DNA of 64,000 nucleotides, taken from the NCBI GenBank assembly GCA_028278675.1, contig JAQAJJ010000027.1, positions 4,986 to 68,985 on the forward strand, written 5' to 3'. Below the pieces are notes generated by a model, which made no database searches, was not told the DNA's origin, and saw nothing but the letters and a program-made list of their open reading frames with translations. Positions 17,359 through 27,199 of this stretch are shown here, piece after piece. Each line of letters opens with the position of its first letter. The stretch's first letter is position 1. Made by a program: the position numbers and the translations under genes. Origin of the DNA: Candidatus Azophilus lithoversatilis (GTDB taxonomy: Bacteria; Pseudomonadota; Gammaproteobacteria; Pseudomonadales; Azotimanducaceae).

Positions 17359-18303
17359 CTAGCCGCCCGCCTTGCGCAAGCTGGTGTAGGCACGATTGAC
17401 GAAGCGGGACGGATCGCCGAAGGCCTCGTCGAATGGCGCCGTCGGTTTGGCCTCCAGGACCGCCTCAAGATCGGCGCCTTCCGCAATGAGCGCCATGATG
17501 ACCACCCGAACGGTCTTGAGCATGTGGATGTAATCCGCCAGCGCCTGGTAGCCCGTCACCGGGCCGTGGCCCGGGATGACCGTCGTGTTCTCGTCGATCT
17601 CCGCAAGCACCGACGAACAAAAGTGAATCATGCCATCGAGGTCGCCGCCATTGCCCACGTCGATGAACGGATAGCCCGAATTGTTGAACACGTCGCCCAA
17701 GTGGACGGCATTGCGGCCCCGGAAGATCACCGCCGCATCACCGGTGGTGTGCGCCGGGCCGAAGTGGGCCAAGTCGATTTGCTCGCCGTTGAAGTGGAAC
17801 TGCATCGTCTCATCGAAGGTGATCGCCGGCCGGGCGTCCTCCGGATAGGCCTGCTGCTCATACTGCAGCGCCACCAGATTGATGATGTGGGCGTCCGCCA
17901 TCATCCGCCGCGAGTTGGCTTGAGCCACCAGCCAGCTGCCCTGCGGGCCCAGGGCCAGGTTGCCGTCCGCGTGGTCAAAGTGCCAATGGGTGTTGATGGC
18001 GAAGTCCACGGCGCCACCGCCGAGTTCGCCAATCTTGGCCTCGATCTTGGGCATCACCTGCGGAAATTGGTCATCGACGATCAGCACCCCGTCATCGCCG
18101 ATGCTGACGGCGATGTTGCCGCCGATCCCGAAGAGAACGTAAAACCCATCGCCGTGCTGTTCCGCTGTGATCTCGGCGCTTTCAAAGTCCCATTCAAAGA
18201 CTCCCATCAACTCATCGAGCGTCATCAGATCGTGGGCTTGAGTTTCGAATGTCGCAAACGCCAAGCCAACGGACAACAACGCCATCAAAACAGAGCGGCG
18301 CAT
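17359..18303 (-). CDS. Secreted MBL-fold metallo-hydrolase
   Basis: From ATG 18303: signal peptide MRRSVLMALLSVGLAFATFETQA, and the HxHxDH motif NTHWHFDHADGN. Confidence 0.85.
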   Translation of the reverse strand: MRRSVLMALLSVGLAFATFETQAHDLMTLDELMGVFEWDFESAEITAEQHGDGFYVLFGIGGNIAVSIGDDGVLIVDDQFPQVMPKIEAKIGELGGGAVDFAINTHWHFDHADGNLALGPQGSWLVAQANSRRMMADAHIINLVALQYEQQAYPEDARPAITFDETMQFHFNGEQIDLAHFGPAHTTGDAAVIFRGRNAVHLGDVFNNSGYPFIDVGNGGDLDGMIHFCSSVLAEIDENTTVIPGHGPVTGYQALADYIHMLKTVRVVIMALIAEGADLEAVLEAKPTAPFDEAFGDPSRFVNRAYTSLRKAGG

Positions 18304-18472
18304 AGGAATCCCCCTAAAGTGCAGTGTCACTGGAAACATTCGAAAAGAGTAACCGAATCGCTCACACAGCACGAGTGCCGTGTTCCTTTGGTCTCTTGTA
18401 CCGCGTTCCTTTGGGACCACTCCCGGTGACCCCCATGATAGGATTGCGCCGCCCAAAAGGACCAGCCAGCGC

Positions 18473-19624
18473 ATGCCCAGCGTTCCCTACGACTTTGGCA
18501 CGGGCCGATCGGACCCGGCCACCTTCCCTACCGAAGCCCTCAAGACCGCGGCGCTGCGGGTGATCGAGCGGGAAGGCAAATCCTTCGCCGACTATCCCGG
18601 AAAACTCGGCCATCCCGGATTCCGCCAAGCGATGGCGGCACGTGAAGCCGGACGTGAGGGCGTGAGAGTTGATCCCGATCACCTCATGATCACCAACGGC
18701 TCGATGCAGGCGGTGACGCTCACCGCCGAAGCGCTCAGCGAGCCCGGCGACGTCGTTTTGCTGGAGGAGTATTCCTACCCCGGCACCCTGTCCGCCTACC
18801 GCTCGCTGAAGCTGGAACTCGTGGGCATTCCCCTCGACGAAGGCGGCATGCGCCTCGACGCGGTGGAGGCAGCTCTGACTCGCCTGCGAAAGACTGGCCG
18901 GACCGCGAGATTCATCTACGCCATCTCCACCTACCAAAACCCAACCGGCTTCGTCATGCCGAGGCAGCGCCGCCTCGAACTGATCCAGCTCGCCCGCCGC
19001 TTCGGCGTACCGATCATTGAAGACAACTGCTACGGGGACGTCCACTACGAGGGCCCCGTTGAACCGGCGATGTACGCTTTGGACGACGGCCCCGACCAAA
19101 TCCATCTGTGCTCCCTGTCGAAGATTCTCGCTCCCGGCCTGCGTCTGGGCTACATTTACGCCAGACCGCCGATGCTGGACCGGATACTCGCCCGCCGCCA
19201 CGACGCCGGCGGCAACAGCTTTGCCGCCGCGGTGGTGGCCGAGTTCTACCGCAACGGCATCGCTGGCCACGCTGCGGTCACCACCCCGCCGCTGCGGCGC
19301 AAGCGCGACCTCGTCTGCCGACGGCTTGAGGAGACGGCAGCAGACCTCTGCGTGTGGTCAAAGCCGGTCGGCGGGCTGTTCATCTGGGTGCGGCTGCCCG
19401 ACGACGTGGACCGCAGACGGCTGGGCAAGCTGGCGGGCAGCCGAGGCCTAAGCTATCTGCCCGGAGCAGTCTTCCACTATCAGGGCGCCGACGCTCCCTA
19501 TCTGCGGCTGGCCTTCGGCCACCTCACCGAAGCACAGATCGACGACGGCGTGCCCATCCTCGCCCGCTGCATCCGCGAAGCCCGGACGAGCAACGAAGCG
19601 ATCGGCTTTGAATCGCTGTTTTAG
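18473..19624 (+). CDS. PLP-dependent aminotransferase (class I/II fold)
   Basis: From ATG 18473. It has MITNGSMQAVTL and the PLP-lysine region CSLSKILAPGLRLGY. Confidence 0.85.
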   Translation: MPSVPYDFGTGRSDPATFPTEALKTAALRVIEREGKSFADYPGKLGHPGFRQAMAAREAGREGVRVDPDHLMITNGSMQAVTLTAEALSEPGDVVLLEEYSYPGTLSAYRSLKLELVGIPLDEGGMRLDAVEAALTRLRKTGRTARFIYAISTYQNPTGFVMPRQRRLELIQLARRFGVPIIEDNCYGDVHYEGPVEPAMYALDDGPDQIHLCSLSKILAPGLRLGYIYARPPMLDRILARRHDAGGNSFAAAVVAEFYRNGIAGHAAVTTPPLRRKRDLVCRRLEETAADLCVWSKPVGGLFIWVRLPDDVDRRRLGKLAGSRGLSYLPGAVFHYQGADAPYLRLAFGHLTEAQIDDGVPILARCIREARTSNEAIGFESLF

Positions 19625-19660
19625 TTCGCAACTTTTAGTCCTCAACAAGGAGAGTGCCAA

Positions 19661-20497
19661 ATGAGAATAGGCGTATCCCTCCCCGTGCGCGAGCTTGAGG
19701 ACGACCTCGCGGCAATCAAGGACTTCGCCCAAACCGCCGAGGCGCTCGGGTACGCCCACTTGCGCGTCCCGGATCAAGTGCTGCGCAAAGGCAACAAACA
19801 TCTGCATGAACCCATGATGCTGCTCGCCTGGATCGCCGCGATCACCGAAGCAATTGAACTGGTGCCATCGGTCATCGTCCTGCCCTCGCGGCAGACGGCC
19901 CTGTTCGCCAAGCAAGCGGCGGAGTTGGACCGGCTCTCGGGCGGGCGGCTGCGGCTCGGCATCGGCGTCGGCGCAACAGCCGATGAGTACGTGGCCATGG
20001 GACAGGACTTCGGCAGCCGGGGGCGGCGGTGCGACGAGCAGCTCGAACTGCTCAAGCGGCTGTGGACCGAGGACAAGGTCGATTTTCGAGGCCGTTGGGA
20101 CCGGATCAGCGGCGGGGGGCTCAATCCGTTGCCCGCGCAGCGCCCCATCCCGGTCTGGATCGGCGGCCGTGCGACGCCGGGCAGAGCGGTCACTCAGCGC
20201 ATCGGCACCCACGCCGACGGTTGGTTCGTGCTCTGCTCCCCCGAAGACTTCCCAACCGTCAAGGGCGGCATTGATGCCGCGGCCCAAAACGCAGGCAGGA
20301 ACCCCGACGCCATCGGCACCGAGGCCGGCGTGGCGGTGGTGGGGCCTCGCCAAGCGGAATGGCGGGACCGCGTGGCGGGTTGGCGGCAAATGGGCTTGAC
20401 CCATCTTTGCCTGCGCACCCTCGGCGGCGGCCTCGACGCGGCACAACACATCGAGACGCTCAAGGCTGCCGCGAACGACGTGCCGGGGGGCCTCTAA
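19661..20497 (+). CDS. Luciferase-like (LLM) oxidoreductase, resembles the F420-dependent subgroup
   Basis: 278 aa; MRIGVSLPVRE...LGYAHLRVPDQVL...RLRLGIGVG...IPVWIGG layout. The cofactor cannot be determined from the sequence. Confidence 0.75.
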   Translation: MRIGVSLPVRELEDDLAAIKDFAQTAEALGYAHLRVPDQVLRKGNKHLHEPMMLLAWIAAITEAIELVPSVIVLPSRQTALFAKQAAELDRLSGGRLRLGIGVGATADEYVAMGQDFGSRGRRCDEQLELLKRLWTEDKVDFRGRWDRISGGGLNPLPAQRPIPVWIGGRATPGRAVTQRIGTHADGWFVLCSPEDFPTVKGGIDAAAQNAGRNPDAIGTEAGVAVVGPRQAEWRDRVAGWRQMGLTHLCLRTLGGGLDAAQHIETLKAAANDVPGGL

Positions 20498-21249
20498 TCC
20501 ACCAGTTGACGCACCGACTCGGGACTTGGGCCACCCGGCAGGAAAAACACCACGGCGTCATCGAAGCCCGCTTCGGCAAAGCGGTCGAGCTTGGCCTTGA
20601 GTTCACCGAGGTCGGTGCCTGGCGGCAATTGAATGGTGGACACCACCGCCCGTCCGCCGCCGGCTTGCCGATAGCGGTCCAACGCAGCGATGACCTGGTC
20701 TGCGGTCCGATAATGGGCGGAAGCGATCCAGCCATCGAATTCGGCTGCCGCCCGCTCGACCCCCTGCCCCCAAGTGCCCAAAAAGAGCGGCGGCCCACCG
20801 CGGACGGCGGACCAAGGCGTGACATCCGCACCTTCGTGCCGGCCGGTGCGGAGAGTTTCCCGCAAAACCTCGATCATCGACGGCAAATCGGCAAACCGGG
20901 TTGCAAAAGGCCGGTCCAAAGCGGCGAAGTCGCTCGTCGTGGAGCCAGCGCCGAGGCCGATCACAAGGCGTTCACCGCAGATTTGGTGTAGGGAGAAGAT
21001 GCGCAGCGCCAAGTCCACGGGGTGGTACAGCGGCGCTTGCAGCACGGCGGTGCCGATCTCCACATCCGCCGCCGCCGTGGCCGCAACGCTGAGCGCGATG
21101 AAGGGCTCGGTGAGCATGAAGCCGCGGCCCAGGACGTGCGCCGACCATAGACTCTCAAATCCCTCGCCGGCGTAAGTGCGGGCCTGCTCGGCCAGCCGGT
21201 CGGGAGCCGATTCGCCCGTCACCGGCCCCAGGAGCGCACCCAGCCTCAC
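20494..21249 (-). CDS. Luciferase-like (LLM) oxidoreductase
   Basis: Start taken at GTG 21249, which overlaps the upstream SDR stop as GTGA. It has an LLM-type RLVIGLGAGS segment and PPLFLGTWGQG. Confidence 0.7.
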   Translation of the reverse strand: MRLGALLGPVTGESAPDRLAEQARTYAGEGFESLWSAHVLGRGFMLTEPFIALSVAATAAADVEIGTAVLQAPLYHPVDLALRIFSLHQICGERLVIGLGAGSTTSDFAALDRPFATRFADLPSMIEVLRETLRTGRHEGADVTPWSAVRGGPPLFLGTWGQGVERAAAEFDGWIASAHYRTADQVIAALDRYRQAGGGRAVVSTIQLPPGTDLGELKAKLDRFAEAGFDDAVVFFLPGGPSPESVRQLVD

Positions 21250-22037
21250 AGCGTCAGCCAGCCGCCGTCCACCGGCAAGTAGGCACCGGTAACGAAGTCG
21301 CTCATCGCCGAGGCCAGAAACACCGCCGCCTTGCCCTGCTCCATGGGATCGCCCCAATGGCCGGCCGGCAGCCGGGCGATGCGGTTGGCCACGCTGTCCG
21401 CCAAGGGATCGCCGGTCGGCGGCGGCGGGTGGCCATCAATGAGCGGCGGCTCGCCGTCGTTCACCCAAGTCGGTCCCGGTGCCAAGGTGTTGACGTTGAT
21501 GCGATGGGGCGCCAATTCCAACGCCAGCGCCTTGGTGATCTGCGCCACCGCCGCCTTGGAGCCGTCGTAGGTCACCCCCACGCCCGGCGTCACCGCTTGG
21601 GTGGAGCCAATGTTGATGATGCGCCCGCCACGGCCCGCCTCAATCATGAATCGCGCCGCCGCCCGGCAGCAGTAGAAGACCCCGTCGACGTTGACCGACC
21701 AGAGCTTGCGCCACATCGCGTCGGTGATGTCCCGCACGGGCCCGCCGAGGTTCTGGTATACGCCCGCATTGTTGACCAAGATGTCCAAGCCGCCCAACTG
21801 ACGGACCGTGGCAGCCAGTGCCGCATCCACCGCCTCCCGGTCACTGACGTCGAGTGCCATGCCAACGCCACCCAGCCCTTTGGCGACCTCAGCGGCAGCG
21901 GTGGCATCGATATCGCTTACCGCCACCTCGGCGCCCGCCGCCGCCAATGCTCGAGCGATGGCGGCCCCAATTCCCTGGCCGGCGCCCGTCACATGGGCCG
22001 TCTTGCCGCTTAGGTCGATCCAATCCGTTACCTGCAT
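21246..22037 (-). CDS. SDR-family oxidoreductase
   Basis: 263 aa; VTGAGQGIGAAIA (TGxxxGxG), NNAG, YDGSKAAV (YxxxK). Confidence 0.9.
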   Translation of the reverse strand: MQVTDWIDLSGKTAHVTGAGQGIGAAIARALAAAGAEVAVSDIDATAAAEVAKGLGGVGMALDVSDREAVDAALAATVRQLGGLDILVNNAGVYQNLGGPVRDITDAMWRKLWSVNVDGVFYCCRAAARFMIEAGRGGRIINIGSTQAVTPGVGVTYDGSKAAVAQITKALALELAPHRINVNTLAPGPTWVNDGEPPLIDGHPPPPTGDPLADSVANRIARLPAGHWGDPMEQGKAAVFLASAMSDFVTGAYLPVDGGWLTL

Positions 22038-22103
22038 GTCGCCTCCATCGTATCGGGCAAAATTGCGATAAAAGCCACTTGATCCTGAGCGGGGAGTTTA
22101 CTG

Positions 22104-22354
22104 GAAGCCCTTAGCTTGTCCCAGAACGGCACGCCGCCGACGCCGAAGGAACAACCGGCCAGCCGCCGGGCTGTCTCCATTTGTTCGATGGGAGCCTTCA
22201 GCTCGCCCCGGAACGGCACGCCGCCGACAGCGAAGGAACAACCCGCCAGCCGCTGGGCTGTCTCCATTTGTTCCATGGAAGCCCTTAGCTTGCCCCAGAG
22301 CGGCACGCCGCTGACATCGAAGGAACAACCCGCGCTGTCTCCGTATGTTCCATG
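22104..22354 (-). repeat. 87-bp structured intergenic repeat family, locus B (units 22104-22190 and 22191-22277, plus a 77-nt unit 22278-22354; reverse orientation)
   Basis: The reverse complement of the unit seen at loci A and C. It lies in the divergent region between two SDR genes (22037 and 22647). Confidence 0.85.
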
Positions 22355-22598
22355 GAAGAAGGCCCGGACAGTCTGTGGGCGCCTGTGACCGATTCGGCCT
22401 TGATCGACTTGCCAATGGCAGGCATGGAGTCTTTCAAGGTGCTATTGTGGGCAGGGTAACTTGATGTTCCCACCATCTAGTGTCCTGTCCCGTAAAATAA
22501 GTGGGTTTTAAGCGCTAGGCCGTTTGGGTTCCCGGCAAGGGCCTTTGCGTTGCCGGAAAGGGCGACAACGCCGTGTGGCGGGCTCCACACAACTTCAT

Positions 22599-22618
22599 GC
22601 GAGGGGCAGGCCCCTCGC
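22599..22618. repeat. REP-like hairpin GCGAGGGG-CAGG-CCCCTCGC
   Basis: Same stem as the hairpins of the 45-bp array at 1565-1744 (GCGAGGGG-CGGA-CCCCTCGC). Intergenic, 29 nt upstream of the SDR start at 22647. Confidence 0.6.
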
Positions 22619-22646
22619 GCTGGGATAAAGCAAACCGGATAAAACC

Positions 22647-23498
22647 ATGCAGCTTGATGGGAAGACTGCCCTAGTATCGGCCGCGGGCCGCGGCATTGGA
22701 CGCGGCATTGCCTTGGCGCTGGCGCAAGCCGGGGCCAATCTGATTGTCAACTCCTACGCCGAAAGGACAACGACGGGCACCGCTGAGGCGGTGCAGGCGC
22801 TGGGGAGGGAGGCGTTGGCCTTTCCTGGCGACATTACCGATCCGGCAACCATCATCGACTGCGTCGATGCGGGCTTGGAGCGCTTCGGGCGCATCGACAT
22901 CCTCATCAACAACGTCGGCGCAGCGCCCAAATCCGCTATCGAACCCGGCACCGGCCCGTTGGCTGGGCCAGCCGCCATCTGGGACGCCCTCTACGCACAG
23001 AATCTCAAGCCCGTGGTGTTGATGTGCGAGGCTTTGATCCCCCACTTCAAACGCCACGGCGGCGGCAAGATCATCAACCTGTCCTCCATCGCCGGGCGCG
23101 CTTCGCTATCCGCGAAAATGCTCGACCACTTCGTGCATCCGTCCTACAGCGCCATGAAGGCGGCGCTGGTCAACTTCACGCAAACCCTCGCCGAGCTGCT
23201 CGGCCCGCACAACATCAACGTCAACGCCATCTGCCCGGGAATCGTCTACACCGACGCCTGGGCCGGCAACGCCCAGCGCGCCGTCAGCCATATGGCCGAG
23301 TTCAAGGGGCAGGATCCACGCACGTGGTTCGAGGGCATCGCCCGAGGCGACTACCCGGAAATCTTCGACCGCACGCCCCTTAAGCGCGAGCAGACCGTGG
23401 AGGACATCGGCAACGCGGCGGTGTTCCTGGCATCGGAGGCGGCCAAGAACATCACTGGCCAATCCCTGATGGTCGATGGCGGAATGGTGAAGTGCTGA
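22647..23498 (+). CDS. SDR-family oxidoreductase
   Basis: 283 aa; SAAGRGIGRGIA, NNVG, YSAMKAAL. Confidence 0.9.
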   Translation: MQLDGKTALVSAAGRGIGRGIALALAQAGANLIVNSYAERTTTGTAEAVQALGREALAFPGDITDPATIIDCVDAGLERFGRIDILINNVGAAPKSAIEPGTGPLAGPAAIWDALYAQNLKPVVLMCEALIPHFKRHGGGKIINLSSIAGRASLSAKMLDHFVHPSYSAMKAALVNFTQTLAELLGPHNINVNAICPGIVYTDAWAGNAQRAVSHMAEFKGQDPRTWFEGIARGDYPEIFDRTPLKREQTVEDIGNAAVFLASEAAKNITGQSLMVDGGMVKC

Positions 23499-23517
23499 AG
23501 GTTGGAGATCGAGATCA

Positions 23518-24972
23518 ATGACCGAGATTCGGATAGCCCGAATTCCCGCCCACTGGGCCGAAGCGCTGGCCGGCGGATCCATCGCCTTGGTGCATGGCGA
23601 TGAACGCCTGACCTGGGCGGAACTGGATGCCGCCTCGAATCGGCTGGCCCGCGGCTACCGAAGGCTCGGTGTGCGCGAAAACGACTTCGTGACCATCGCG
23701 CTGCCGAATGGCATCGAGTTCTTCATCGCCTGCTTCGCCGTCTGGAAGGCCGGCGCCACGCCGCAGCCGGTATCCGCCAAGCTGCCCAAACTCGAGCGCG
23801 ATCAGATCATCGACCTCGCCCAGCCGAGCCTAGTGGTTGGCGTGGCCGAGGACGAGCATCCCGGTTTTGCGTGTGCGCCGACGGGATTCTGCACCGATGC
23901 CGAGTCGAGCCAGCCCATTGAAGCCGCGCCCGCGGCATCCTTCAAGGCCATGACCTCCGGAGGCAGCACCGGCCGACCCAAGCTCATCGTCTCGGCAACG
24001 CCCGCCATTTGGAACCCCGATCAGGACTTCCTGCAAATGCCGATCGGCGGGTCAGTGCTGGTCCCCGGCCCGCTCTACCACAACGGGCCGTTCATGTGGG
24101 CCATGATCGCACTGTTCAAGGGCAACCAAGTGACCATCACTACGCGCTTCGACGCCGAGAGCACCCTGCGCCTGATCGAGGAGCAGCACGTCGAGTTGCT
24201 CTACTTGGTGCCGACCATGATGCAGCGCATCTGGAGCCTGCCGGAAGCGGTGCGCCACCGCTACGCCTTGAATTCACTCAAGGTGCTCTGGCATTTGGCC
24301 GCGCCCTGCCCACCGTGGCTTAAGGAGGCCTTCATCGATTGGCTCGGCGCGGACGTGATCTGGGAGCTTTACGGCGGCACTGAAGGCCAAGGCGGCACCG
24401 TCATCACCGGTTCGGAGTGGCTCAAGCACCGGGGCAGCGTCGGCAAGCCGAACCCCGGCTGCCGGATGAAGATCGTCAATGAAGCAGGCGAGGCGCTGCC
24501 CGCTGGGGAGATCGGTGAGATATTCATCCTGCCGGACACCGGCCAAGGCAGCACCTACCGTTACATCGGCGCCGAACCCAAGACCATCGAAGGCGGCTGG
24601 GAAAGCCTCGGCGACCTAGGTTGCATGGACGAGGACGGCTACCTCTACCTCACCGATCGGCAAACGGACATGATCCTCTCCGGCGGCGCCAACATCTATC
24701 CTGCGGAAGTGGAGGGCGCGGTCGAGTCCTTCCCGGGGGTGCGTTCATGCGCCGTCATCGGCCTGCCGGACGCCGATATGGGCAACATCGTGCATGCCAT
24801 CGTGGACGCTCCGGCAGGCGGCATCAACGAAGAGGCCTTGCTGGCCCATCTCGCCGAACGGCTGGTGCGCTACAAAATCCCCCGCAGCTTCGAATTCGCT
24901 CGTCAGCCCCTGCGTGACGATGCGGGCAAACTGCGCCGCAAGCAGCTACGGGCGGAGCGCATCGGCGCATGA
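23518..24972 (+). CDS. AMP-dependent synthetase/ligase (acyl-CoA synthetase family)
   Basis: 484 aa; AMP-binding motif MTSGGSTGRPKL, YGGTEG, and DEDGYLYLTDRQTDMILSGGANIYP. Confidence 0.9.
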   Translation: MTEIRIARIPAHWAEALAGGSIALVHGDERLTWAELDAASNRLARGYRRLGVRENDFVTIALPNGIEFFIACFAVWKAGATPQPVSAKLPKLERDQIIDLAQPSLVVGVAEDEHPGFACAPTGFCTDAESSQPIEAAPAASFKAMTSGGSTGRPKLIVSATPAIWNPDQDFLQMPIGGSVLVPGPLYHNGPFMWAMIALFKGNQVTITTRFDAESTLRLIEEQHVELLYLVPTMMQRIWSLPEAVRHRYALNSLKVLWHLAAPCPPWLKEAFIDWLGADVIWELYGGTEGQGGTVITGSEWLKHRGSVGKPNPGCRMKIVNEAGEALPAGEIGEIFILPDTGQGSTYRYIGAEPKTIEGGWESLGDLGCMDEDGYLYLTDRQTDMILSGGANIYPAEVEGAVESFPGVRSCAVIGLPDADMGNIVHAIVDAPAGGINEEALLAHLAERLVRYKIPRSFEFARQPLRDDAGKLRRKQLRAERIGA

Positions 24973-25021
24973 AGCGGCAACCCGTCGGGGGAATCGCAGA
25001 AATCTCCGTCAGCCCGGCCCC

Positions 25022-25531
25022 TCACACTTGGTTTTTGAACGCTGCCCCTTCCTCGTAGTAGCGGTGGTGCCAGATGCCCTCCCCCGCTTCGTCGTCCAAA
25101 GGCATCCGCCAAGTGGTGACCCGCGCCCGCTCAAGGGGCAGGCGGTACAGCCCGCGGGGCTGATTGATGGTGTTGCGGACATAGGCGTCCGCCCCTTCGG
25201 GCGGCACGTAGCGCTTCGCAATGCGGCGATAGAGGTCGCGCCAGACGTCGTCCTGGCCGATGTCGTAAAGCAGTTCAGCCTCCCCTTCGGCAAGCACTTT
25301 GCGGTACGGCAATGCCTGCTCATCGATGCACAGCGCCACCCGCGCATCGCGGCGCAGGCAGGCAAACCACTCGGAGCGCTTGCGCGGCGTGAAGTGAATG
25401 GCCCCATCCTCATAAAGGAACCAGATGGGCGTCACCAGGGGACTGCCGTCTTCGCGCACCACGGCAACTCGCATCAACACGCCCGGTTCGGCAAGGAACC
25501 GCTCCATCTCCGATATCGTTAGCTTTGGCAC
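25022..25531 (-). CDS. Pyridoxamine 5'-phosphate oxidase (PPOX)-like split-barrel flavoprotein
   Basis: 169 aa; N-terminal EMERFLAEPGVLMRVAVVREDGSPLVTPIWFLYEDGAIHF is typical of the PPOX-like family. Confidence 0.7.
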   Translation of the reverse strand: MPKLTISEMERFLAEPGVLMRVAVVREDGSPLVTPIWFLYEDGAIHFTPRKRSEWFACLRRDARVALCIDEQALPYRKVLAEGEAELLYDIGQDDVWRDLYRRIAKRYVPPEGADAYVRNTINQPRGLYRLPLERARVTTWRMPLDDEAGEGIWHHRYYEEGAAFKNQV

Positions 25532-25537
25532 GCTTCA

Positions 25538-26794
25538 CTAGTTCCCGAAGTCCCAAGACTCGCCGGTATGGTAGCGGCGCAGCACGTTCTTGGCGATGAG
25601 GATGCGATGCACCTCGTCCGGGCCATCCGCGATGCGCAGGGTGCGGGCGCCTTGGTACATGCCCGCCAAGGGCAGATCGCCGGAGACGCCCGCCGCGCCC
25701 CAGACCTGAATGGCGCGGTCCACCACCCGATGGTAGGCCAGCGGCACGCACACCTTGATCGCGGAGATGTCGGTGCGGGGGTCGACGCCGCTCTCCATCT
25801 TCTCGGCGCAATGAATGGTCATTAGCCGGGCGCTCTGGATGTCCATGTAGCTGTCGGCAATGAAACCCTGCATGAACTGCTTCTCCTCCAGCTTTTCGCC
25901 GCCATGCACCTCCCGGTTCATGATGCGCTCAACCATGAGGTCGAAGGCCCGCCACATGGCGCCGATGGAGTTCATGCAGTGGTACACGCGGCCAGCCCCC
26001 AACCGGTCCTGGGCGGCGGCATGGCCGGTGCCGGTGCGCCCGAGTTGATTCTCCCGGGGCACCCGCACATTGTCATAAACGATTTCGCAGTGGCTGGAGC
26101 CGCGCCCCCAAACCGGCACGCCGCGCACGATGTTCACCCCCGGCGTATCCTTGGGCACGATGATCTGGGTCATCTTCTCGTTACGCCCGCCCGCCTCGTC
26201 CGGCTCGCAAGTGCGGCACATGACGATGTAGAAGTCGGCCGCGTGGCCATTGGAGGTGAACCATTTGTGACCGTTGATGACCCATTCGTCACCATCGAGT
26301 TCCGCACGGGTAGTGAGGGAGCGCGGGTCGGAGCCAGGGTTGTGGGGCTCGGTCATGGAGAAGGCCGATTGCATGCGTCCCTCAGTGAGCGGCCTGAGCC
26401 ACTTCTCATGCTGTTCCGGCGTGCCGTATTTGACGAGGATCTTCTGGTTGCCCGAATTGGGCGCCACGACGCCGAACAGCGAAGCGGCACCGGGACTGTA
26501 GGCGAGCACCTCGTTCATGAAGGCATGCTGCATGAAAGTGAGGCCCATGCCGCCGAACTCACGGGGCAAATGGGGCGCCCAGAGCCCAGCGTCCTTGACC
26601 TTGTCCTGGATGCCGTGACGGAGTTCCCGGGCTTCATCAACAACCGCCTTGGGCGCTCTCGCACCCTCGGCCATCCAGCCCCACAGCTTGCCCTCCGCCG
26701 GCAGGATGTCCTCGTTGACGATCTCGGCAGCGGCCAACCGGATGTCGTTGACGCCCTTGTCGAGCGTGGGAACGGGCCTTACATTCATTGCCAT
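25538..26794 (-). CDS. Acyl-CoA dehydrogenase family protein
   Basis: From ATG 26794. ACAD-type middle and C-terminal domains, ending RIADGPDEVHRILIAKNVL. Confidence 0.88.
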   Translation of the reverse strand: MAMNVRPVPTLDKGVNDIRLAAAEIVNEDILPAEGKLWGWMAEGARAPKAVVDEARELRHGIQDKVKDAGLWAPHLPREFGGMGLTFMQHAFMNEVLAYSPGAASLFGVVAPNSGNQKILVKYGTPEQHEKWLRPLTEGRMQSAFSMTEPHNPGSDPRSLTTRAELDGDEWVINGHKWFTSNGHAADFYIVMCRTCEPDEAGGRNEKMTQIIVPKDTPGVNIVRGVPVWGRGSSHCEIVYDNVRVPRENQLGRTGTGHAAAQDRLGAGRVYHCMNSIGAMWRAFDLMVERIMNREVHGGEKLEEKQFMQGFIADSYMDIQSARLMTIHCAEKMESGVDPRTDISAIKVCVPLAYHRVVDRAIQVWGAAGVSGDLPLAGMYQGARTLRIADGPDEVHRILIAKNVLRRYHTGESWDFGN

Positions 26795-27199
26795 GCTTGA
26801 TTCTCCGAAATCACGATGAGCCGCGGTCTGAACAAGTTCGGGATGATGCTCACCCCCATGGAGCAAACCGCCCTGCGGATGAGTGAGTTGCTGGAGAGTC
26901 CAGAACAGCCGCTAAAAGTGGCTGCAGCGGGAGGCTGCGGACGGGAAGCTGGAGCCCCGCGCCGATTGCGATGCGGGGCCCCGCTCAGTGAGGGATGGTC
27001 AGGGACTCGACCCCTCAACAACAGATAAATGCACGATCACCTCCTTGCTTTCCGTTGAACACGGCGCGCATGGTGCGCCAAGTTGCGTGGCATTGCAAAC
27101 GAACCCCCAACCCGGCAGGGAGGCGAGGGTTCGTGGGCGCCGCGGCTGTGACGGTCATGGTAAAGTAGCCCGGCTGTGAGGGCCAAGACGGAGCGGAAC

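Noticed and set aside
22477-22489. 13-mer CTAGTGTCCTGTC shared with 40059-40071
   Set aside because: A rough estimate gives tens of chance 13-mer matches in a 64-kb window when both strands are counted. No extended similarity flanks either copy.
26816-27028. 70-aa ORF in the ~400-bp region between the acyl-CoA dehydrogenase and VOC genes
   Set aside because: No Shine-Dalgarno, no recognisable domain, and a low-complexity Ala/Gly/Arg-rich C-terminus. It is probably non-coding.
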